A DNA stretch of 32,000 nucleotides from contig NZ_JBHSTI010000008.1 of NCBI RefSeq assembly GCF_042660085.1, forward strand, positions 1,539,876 through 1,571,875, in the 5' to 3' direction. Below, in pieces: positions 26,516 to 32,000 of the stretch. The notes beneath the pieces were generated by a model that was not told the origin of the DNA, did no database searches, and saw nothing but the letters and a program-made list of their open reading frames with translations. This DNA comes from Longivirga aurantiaca (GTDB taxonomy: Bacteria > Actinomycetota > Actinomycetes > S36-B12 > CAIYMF01). A program made the translations under genes and the position numbers. The number at the start of each line of letters is the position of its first letter. Within the stretch, counting starts at the first letter, position 1.

Positions 26516-27316
26516 ATGGCTACCCTCGTCGGCGTCGACGACCCGCGCGACCCGCGGCTCGTCGACTACACCGACCTCACCGACGTGTCGCTGCGCCGGG
26601 TCCGCGAGCCGGCCGAAGGACTGTTCCTGGCCGAGGGCGAGAAGGTCGTGCGCCGCGCCCTCGACTCCGGATACGCGCCGCGCTCGCTGCTCATGGCGCG
26701 CAAGTGGTGGGACGGCCTGCGCGACGTCGTCGAGCCGCACGACTGCCCCGTGTACCTCGCCGACGACGTGCTGCTCGAGCAGGTCACGGGCTACCGCGTA
26801 CACCGGGGGGCGTTGGCGTCGATGCAGCGCCGTCCCCTCCCGCTCCTTGACGACGTGCTCGCCACCGCACGCCGCGTCGTGGTGCTGGAGGACCTGGTCG
26901 ACCACACCAACGTGGGGGCGGTCTTCCGCAACGCCGCGGCGCTCGGGATGGACGCGGTGCTCGTGAGCCCGGAGTGCGCCGACCCGCTGTACCGGCGCAG
27001 CGTCAAGGTCTCGATGGGCTCGGTGCTCGCGGTGCCGTGGACCCGGGCCGACCCGTGGCCAGGCACCCTGCACCGCCTCGCCGAGCTCGGCTTCTCGACG
27101 TACGCGCTCTCACCCGACCCGGCAGGAGCCGACCTGCGCACCCTCGAGATCCCGGACCGGGTCGCGGTGGTGCTCGGCACCGAGGGGGAGGGGCTGAGCA
27201 GCGCGGCCCTGGCCGCGTGCACCGACCGCGTGCGCATCCCGATGGCTGCCGGCGTCGACAGCCTCAACGTCGCGGCGGCGAGCGCGGTGACGTTCTTCGC
27301 GCTCGGTCAGGCGTAG
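26516..27316 (+). CDS. TrmH/SpoU family RNA 2'-O-methyltransferase
   Basis: 266 aa. The ATG abuts the preceding TAG. SpoU motifs are present: NVGAVFRNAAALG, VVLGTEGEGLS, IPMAAGVDSLNVAAASAV. Confidence 0.8.
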   Translation: MATLVGVDDPRDPRLVDYTDLTDVSLRRVREPAEGLFLAEGEKVVRRALDSGYAPRSLLMARKWWDGLRDVVEPHDCPVYLADDVLLEQVTGYRVHRGALASMQRRPLPLLDDVLATARRVVVLEDLVDHTNVGAVFRNAAALGMDAVLVSPECADPLYRRSVKVSMGSVLAVPWTRADPWPGTLHRLAELGFSTYALSPDPAGADLRTLEIPDRVAVVLGTEGEGLSSAALAACTDRVRIPMAAGVDSLNVAAASAVTFFALGQA

Positions 27317-28545
27317 CGGCCGGCGTCGTCGCTCGACGCACCCGTCCGCACGACCTCCTCGTAGCAGTCGACGAAGTCCGGGATGAGCTGGTCGAGAACG
27401 CCGGCGTGGGCGGGCGACACCATCACGTGCAGCCCAGGCTCGCCGCCGTTCGTGCCCGTGAGGCGGTTGAGCCACCAGCCCTTGGCCTCCATGAGGTCGG
27501 CCACGGCGTACAGCGAGACGTCCGGCCGCTCCGAGCGCCACGACAGGATCGTGCCCACCGGGGCACCGTTCACCACCACGCCGTCGCACGTCTCGAAGCC
27601 GGCACGGATCCGGCCCCCCGTGTCGAGCATCGATGCGACCATCTGCTCGAAGCCCGCGCGACCCAGGTGCTGCAGCACCGCCCACGCCGCGATGACGGGC
27701 GCCGCCGACTTCGCGCCGGCGACTGCGGGGGAGCCGTAGAGGCCTGCCGGCCACTGGTCGTACACGAACCACTGGTGGCCGGCCCAGTCGCCGTCGCGGT
27801 GCAGCACGACCGAGCAGCCCTTGGGCACGAAGCCGTACTTGTGCAGGTCGACCGACATGCTCGTGACGCCGGGCACGGAGAAGTCCCACGGCCGCACGGG
27901 ATCCGGGAGGAAGGGCAGCACCATGCCGCCGACGCACGCGTCGACGTGGCAGCCCGCACCGGACTCCGCCGCGATCGCGGCGACGGCAGCCACGTCGTCC
28001 AGCACGCCGTGCGGGTAGGAGAACGCGGATGCCACCACGAGCGCGGTCCGCTCGTCGACCAGGCCGCGCAGGGCGTCGAGATCGGCGGTGAGGGACCGGG
28101 GGTCGAGCGGCGCCTGCCGGTAGTCGAGGTCGAGGAAGTGCGCGGCCTTCGCGTACGCCGGGTGCGCGGACGCCGGTGCCACGACGACGGGGCGGGCCAC
28201 GCCCCTCGCGCGTGCCCGCTGACGGGCGACCAGCACCGCCATGAGGATCGACTCGGTGCCGCCGGACGTCGTGCTGCCGCCACCTCCGGACGGCAGCCCC
28301 ACGAGCCCGGACACCTCCCGCACGACCTCCTCGGCGAGCCGCGACTGCTCGGGGAAGCGGAAGGGGTTCAGCGCGTTGCTGTAGAGCAGGCGGTCGTGCA
28401 CGGCGTGCGTGAGCCGCTCGAGCTCACGGTCGCCGGTGGGATAGGTCAGACCGAACAGGTGCGCCCCGTGCGGGTCCGGATCCTTGCCGCGCGCAGCATC
28501 GAGCTCGGCGAGCACGTCGTCGACGGGGCGTCCCTCTGTGTCCAC
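27307..28545 (-). CDS. group II PLP-dependent decarboxylase (glutamate decarboxylase / sphingosine-1-phosphate-lyase-like)
   Basis: 412 aa from the GTG at 28545. TSGGTESILMA and the PLP-lysine motif SMSVDLHKYGF are present. The longer ORF extension overlaps the opposite-strand phosphatase gene. Confidence 0.8.
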   Translation of the reverse strand: MDTEGRPVDDVLAELDAARGKDPDPHGAHLFGLTYPTGDRELERLTHAVHDRLLYSNALNPFRFPEQSRLAEEVVREVSGLVGLPSGGGGSTTSGGTESILMAVLVARQRARARGVARPVVVAPASAHPAYAKAAHFLDLDYRQAPLDPRSLTADLDALRGLVDERTALVVASAFSYPHGVLDDVAAVAAIAAESGAGCHVDACVGGMVLPFLPDPVRPWDFSVPGVTSMSVDLHKYGFVPKGCSVVLHRDGDWAGHQWFVYDQWPAGLYGSPAVAGAKSAAPVIAAWAVLQHLGRAGFEQMVASMLDTGGRIRAGFETCDGVVVNGAPVGTILSWRSERPDVSLYAVADLMEAKGWWLNRLTGTNGGEPGLHVMVSPAHAGVLDQLIPDFVDCYEEVVRTGASSDDAGRYA

Positions 28546-28552
28546 GACTGGC

Positions 28553-28558
28553 AGGCTA
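28553..28558 (-). promoter_or_regulatory. -10-like TAGCCT for leaderless decarboxylase transcript
   Basis: On the minus strand this reads TAGCCT-gccagtc-GTG, with a 7-nt spacer. Confidence 0.4.
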
Positions 28559-28563
28559 CGACG

Positions 28564-29145
28564 ATGACCGCCATCAGGGGACGCATCGTGGTGCTCCGGC
28601 ACGCCGAGACGTCCTGGAGCAGGGACGGCCGGCACACCGGGCGCACCGACGTGCCTCTGACGCCGGAGGGGGAGGAGGCGGCGCGCGCCGCTGCGGCACG
28701 GATCGCGGCCTTCGCGCCCGGCCTCGTTCTCACCAGCCCGTTGCTGCGGGCCCGGCGGACGGCTGAGCTCGCGGGCCTGTCGGCAGAGGTCGAGCCCGAC
28801 CTGCTCGAGTGGGACTACGGCGTGTACGAGGGCCGCACGACCCAGGGCATCAAGGACGACCTCGGCGACCCGGCGTGGAGCGTGTGGACCACGCTCGACG
28901 GGCTGGGGGAGCCGGTCGACGACGTCGGCGCGCGGGCCGCGCGCGTGCTGACGCGGTGCCAGCCCGTCGTCGAGTCGGGGGAGGACGTCGTGCTCGTCGC
29001 GCACGCGCACCTGCTGCGGATACTGACCGCCGTGCACCTCGGACTGCCCGCGATCGACGGACGCTCGTTCGTGCTTCCACCGGCCGGCATCGGCGTGCTC
29101 GGCTGGGAGCGCAGCACCCGCGCCTTGCTCGGCTGGGGGCTCTGA
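28564..29145 (+). CDS. histidine phosphatase family protein (phosphoglycerate-mutase-like)
   Basis: 193 aa. IVVLRHAETSWSRDGRHTGRTDVPLTPEGE carries the RHG-type catalytic motif, and LVAHAHLLR is found later. Confidence 0.8.
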   Translation: MTAIRGRIVVLRHAETSWSRDGRHTGRTDVPLTPEGEEAARAAAARIAAFAPGLVLTSPLLRARRTAELAGLSAEVEPDLLEWDYGVYEGRTTQGIKDDLGDPAWSVWTTLDGLGEPVDDVGARAARVLTRCQPVVESGEDVVLVAHAHLLRILTAVHLGLPAIDGRSFVLPPAGIGVLGWERSTRALLGWGL

Positions 29146-29154
29146 CGAACGACG

Positions 29155-29460
29155 TCAGCCGCGCGCAGCGGTCAGCGCAGCCCCCGTGGCGAAGGCGCCG
29201 ACGAAGGCCCCGGCCGCGCTGCTGATGGGGTTGTCGATGAACGGCAGCCACGCCAGGAGGAATGTCCCGGTGCCGACGACGGCGCCGCACACGACTCCGG
29301 CGACCACGCCGGTGCGCAGCGCCCGTCCCCAGCGCCCGGGGGTCGCCTTCGTCGTGGCCACCTCCTTCGCCGAGGCGGCCGCGGCCGGCGCGGCGGGCTT
29401 CCCGGACATGGTCGACTCGACCTCGCGCAGCAGCCGGTCGAGCTCGTCGTCACCACTCAT
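29155..29460 (-). CDS. small membrane protein, unknown function
   Basis: 101 aa from the ATG at 29460. An acidic N-terminus (DDELDRLLREVE) is followed by two Gly/Ala-rich TM segments. Support is modest. Confidence 0.45.
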   Translation of the reverse strand: MSGDDELDRLLREVESTMSGKPAAPAAAASAKEVATTKATPGRWGRALRTGVVAGVVCGAVVGTGTFLLAWLPFIDNPISSAAGAFVGAFATGAALTAARG

Positions 29461-29531
29461 GGGGCCATTGTCCGTCGAGCCGCCCCGATCGGCGCGCCGT
29501 CGTCCGGATTCCTCAGGGACGGACGGGCACG

Positions 29532-29537
29532 TACCCT
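29532..29537 (+). promoter_or_regulatory. -10-like TACCCT for leaderless transcript of the copper monooxygenase-like gene
   Basis: This reads TACCCT-ggcgcgc-ATG, with a 7-nt spacer. Confidence 0.4.
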
Positions 29538-29544
29538 GGCGCGC

Positions 29545-30801
29545 ATGCTGCGACCCGCCCACCGCTCGGTGCGCCTCCTCGCCGTGGCCGCCGCGACCGC
29601 CGTGGCGCTCACGGCGTGCGGCACCGGCGATCAGGCGCCCGACGGTGCCGCGTCCGCGTCCGCCTCGGCGCCGTCGGACCACGGCACGGACGGCACGGAC
29701 GGCGCGCACGACACCGGCACCCCCAGCCCGCCGGCGTCGCCGTCACCGCTGCGCGCCGGCGAGGAGTTCGTGACCGTCGGCGTGGCCGACGACCTCCCCG
29801 GCGGGCGCTACGTGCCCGATGCGCCCGAGGGCAGCACCGACGACTACCGCTGCTTCCTCGCCGACCCGGGCCTCACGAGCGACGCGTTCGTGACGGGCGT
29901 CCAGTTCCTCCCGGCCAACCCCGCCGTGGTCCACCACTCCATCGTGTTCCGCGTCGAGCCCGACCAGGTCGGTGCCGCGCTCGAGAAGGACGCCGAGGAC
30001 GAGCGGCCGGGCTGGGAGTGCTTCGGCGGTCCGGGCCTGCCGTCGAAGAGCCGGAACGTGATGGACGGCCTCGACGCGGCACCCTGGCTCGCGGGCTGGG
30101 CACCCGGCGGTCGGGAGAACCTGTTCGCGGACGAGGTCGGCGTACCCCTGTCGGCCGGGAGCCAGGTCGTCATCCAGATGCACTACAACCTGCGCGTGGC
30201 CACCGGCGATGCCGCGGCCGACAACACGCAGGTGCGGCTGCGGACGTCGTCCCGCACCGACCTCGAGCCGCTGCGCACGACGCTCCTGCCGGCGCCGGTC
30301 GAGCTCCCGTGCGCCGAGGGCCAGTCCGGCCCGCTGTGCTCGCGCGGCAGCTCCGTCGCGGACGTCGTACGCCGGTTCGGCCAGGGATCGATGCGCACGA
30401 TCGGCGGCCTGCAGCTGCTGTGCGACGGCGACCCGTTCGCACCGAAGGCCGGGGCCACCCAGAGCTGCGTGCGGAAGGTCAGGGCACCCGAGACGGTGCG
30501 CGCGGCAGCGGGCCACATGCACCTGCTCGGCAAGAGCATCACGATCGTCGCCAACGAGGGCACCAGCCGCGAGCGCACGCTGCTCGACATCCCGGTGTGG
30601 GACTTCGACGACCAGTCCGCGCGCCCGCTCGACACCCCGGTGGCGCTGAAGCCGGGCGACACGATCACGGTGACGTGCACGCACGACGCCGCGCTGCGCG
30701 ACCAGCTGCCCTCCCTGCAGGACGTGCCGGACCGCTACGTGGTCTGGGGCGAGGGCACCACCGACGAGATGTGCCTCGGCATCCTGCTGGTCACGGACTG
30801 A
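29545..30801 (+). CDS. lipoprotein with PHM/DBH-type copper type II monooxygenase domains
   Basis: 418 aa. The signal peptide plus lipobox is AVALTAC. Motifs DDYRCF..AFV..VVHHSIVF, GSQVVIQMHYN, GHMHLLGK and GTTDEMC are collinear with the peptidylglycine alpha-hydroxylating monooxygenase copper ligands. Confidence 0.8.
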   Translation: MLRPAHRSVRLLAVAAATAVALTACGTGDQAPDGAASASASAPSDHGTDGTDGAHDTGTPSPPASPSPLRAGEEFVTVGVADDLPGGRYVPDAPEGSTDDYRCFLADPGLTSDAFVTGVQFLPANPAVVHHSIVFRVEPDQVGAALEKDAEDERPGWECFGGPGLPSKSRNVMDGLDAAPWLAGWAPGGRENLFADEVGVPLSAGSQVVIQMHYNLRVATGDAAADNTQVRLRTSSRTDLEPLRTTLLPAPVELPCAEGQSGPLCSRGSSVADVVRRFGQGSMRTIGGLQLLCDGDPFAPKAGATQSCVRKVRAPETVRAAAGHMHLLGKSITIVANEGTSRERTLLDIPVWDFDDQSARPLDTPVALKPGDTITVTCTHDAALRDQLPSLQDVPDRYVVWGEGTTDEMCLGILLVTD

Positions 30802-30826
30802 GCACGGGGGAGTCGGCAGTCCGCCA

Positions 30827-30849
30827 GAACGCTAGAGGGTCTAGCGTTC
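30827..30849. promoter_or_regulatory. 9-bp perfect inverted repeat GAACGCTAG-N5-CTAGCGTTC overlapping the -10-like TAGCGT (30842-30847) of the MFS gene
   Basis: The palindrome was read directly. The TANNNT hexamer inside its right arm lies 6 nt upstream of the GTG at 30854. This is an operator-like geometry. Confidence 0.5.
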
Positions 30850-30853
30850 AGGT

Positions 30854-32000
30854 GTGACCGACCAGGGGACGACGACGAGCGCGCCGACCACCGACGCACC
30901 TCGCACGAGCTGGGTGCCGATGCTGTTCATCGGCCTCGGCACGGCGATGTTCATCATGGACGCGACGATCGTCAACGTCTCGCTCCCGTCCATCATCCGC
31001 GACCTCGGGATCTCCTCGGTCGACGCCGAGTGGGTCAACGCGGTCTACGCGCTCGTCTTCGCGGCGCTCCTGATCATCGCCGGCCGGGTGGGGGACCGGG
31101 TCGGCCGTCGCCTGGTCTTCATCATCGGCGCCATCGTGTTCGGCGTCGCCAGCGTCATCGCCGCCCGCACCGGCGACGGCACGGCCCTCATCGCCGCCCG
31201 CGCGCTCCAGGGTGTCGGCGGCGCGATGATGTCGCCCGCCTCGCTGTCGCTGGTGAACTCGATCTACGTCGGCCGCGCGCGGCTGGTCGCGTTCGCGATC
31301 TACGGCTCGATCATCGGAGGCATGGCGGCGATCGGGCCGCTGCTCGGCGGCTGGCTCACCGAGAACCACTCCTGGCGCTGGGCGTTCTACATCAACGTCC
31401 CGATCGTCATCCTCATCGTCGTCGGGTCGCTGCTGAAGGTGCCGGAGAGCAAGGACGAGCACATCGAGAAGGGCTTCGACCTCCTCGGCGCGGCCCTGTC
31501 CGCCGTCGGCATCGGCGCCCTCGTCTTCGGCCTCATCGAGGGCCGCAACTACGGCTGGATCCGCACGACGCGCGAGATGACGTTCGCGAACATCACCATC
31601 CCCGAGGGCTCCATCTCGCCCGTGCTGTGGGCCTTCCTGGTCTCGCTCGTGGGCATCCTCCTGCTGCTCCTCGTCGAGAGCCGGCGCTCCCGCGCGGGAA
31701 AGGTCGTGCTCCTCGACCTCCGGCTCTTCCGCATCACGACCTTCAGCCTGGGCAGCTTCGCCGGCCTCATCGTGAGCCTGGGGGAGTTCGGGATCCTGTT
31801 CTCGCTCCCGCTCTTCCTGCAGAGCGTCCTCGGCTACACGGCCTTCGGAGCGGGCGCGATGCTCGCGACACTGGCGATCGGCGCGTTCCTCGCGGGTCCG
31901 ACGTCCGCGCAGATGGCGCAACGGCGGTCGCCGCGCTTCGTCGCCCGCCTCGGCATGGGGCTCGAGGCGATCGCCATCCTCGGGCTCGGGCTCACGCTGT
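30854..32000 (+). CDS. MFS transporter, DHA2 (EmrB/QacA-like) drug:H+ antiporter family, 3'-truncated by window edge
   Basis: The frame is open from the GTG at 30854 (in-frame TAG at 30842) to the window end, so it is absent from the ORF track. LGTAMFIMDATIVNVSLPSI, GRVGDRVGRR and MSPASLSLV are typical DHA2 motifs. The listed minus ORF 30848..31921 is its antisense shadow. Confidence 0.85.
   Translation, partial: MTDQGTTTSAPTTDAPRTSWVPMLFIGLGTAMFIMDATIVNVSLPSIIRDLGISSVDAEWVNAVYALVFAALLIIAGRVGDRVGRRLVFIIGAIVFGVASVIAARTGDGTALIAARALQGVGGAMMSPASLSLVNSIYVGRARLVAFAIYGSIIGGMAAIGPLLGGWLTENHSWRWAFYINVPIVILIVVGSLLKVPESKDEHIEKGFDLLGAALSAVGIGALVFGLIEGRNYGWIRTTREMTFANITIPEGSISPVLWAFLVSLVGILLLLLVESRRSRAGKVVLLDLRLFRITTFSLGSFAGLIVSLGEFGILFSLPLFLQSVLGYTAFGAGAMLATLAIGAFLAGPTSAQMAQRRSPRFVARLGMGLEAIAILGLGLTL

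Noticed and set aside
27307-27316. 10-bp convergent overlap of the TrmH and decarboxylase 3' ends
   Set aside because: Short convergent overlaps are common in compact high-GC genomes. Nothing further is unusual in the sequence.
30848-31921. 357-aa minus-strand ORF at the right end
   Set aside because: It is antisense to a plus-strand frame that encodes clear DHA2 MFS transmembrane helices. The minus translation is charged Arg/Asp/Glu low complexity.

Overview
This is a high-GC actinobacterial chromosomal segment: about 70% GC or more on the lines I hand-counted, with codon third positions almost all G/C. It is densely packed with about 35 protein-coding genes on both strands. I found no rRNA, tRNA, CRISPR array, transposase or integrase. 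All product calls rest on motif and family recognition by eye; no searches were run.

Most of the window is core metabolism and envelope housekeeping. In order:
- Left third: ABC-F ATPase, small HTH protein, crotonase, secreted L,D-transpeptidase, fused ABC exporter, an SDR-DUF1801-lipoprotein operon, SURF1, MoaA, DUF3099, dodecin and GNAT.
- Middle: a quinone-oxidoreductase/TldD/PmbA operon, FabG1(MabA)-InhA, a 2TM K+ channel with RCK domains, histidine phosphatases and YciI.
- Right third: SerB, an orphan ABC ATPase, NfeD-SPFH, TauE, a TrmH methyltransferase, a group II PLP decarboxylase and a DHA2-type MFS exporter that runs off the right edge.

Many long ORFs in the supplied track are antisense or shadow ORFs typical of high-GC DNA, or N-terminal over-extensions. 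I trimmed starts using SD sequences, 4-nt GTGA stop/start overlaps and a recurrent TANNNT hexamer 6-7 nt upstream of start codons, which is a leaderless-mRNA signature.

The only clearly accessory stretch is about 18.7-21.4 kb. It holds a DUF222-HNH (13E12-type) selfish gene preceded by a strong palindrome, then a roughly 0.9 kb islet of visibly lower GC encoding a Cys-rich lipoprotein, bounded by short repeats.

I do not see a convincing multi-gene novel system such as a defence island. The strongest leads are:
- a lipoprotein with a complete PHM/DBH-type two-copper monooxygenase signature (29.5-30.8 kb);
- the low-GC islet and its repeats;
- a 14-bp tandem repeat at 3.7 kb;
- a K+ channel with a non-canonical selectivity filter;
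- a duplicated structured element in the 10.9-11.1 kb convergent gap.
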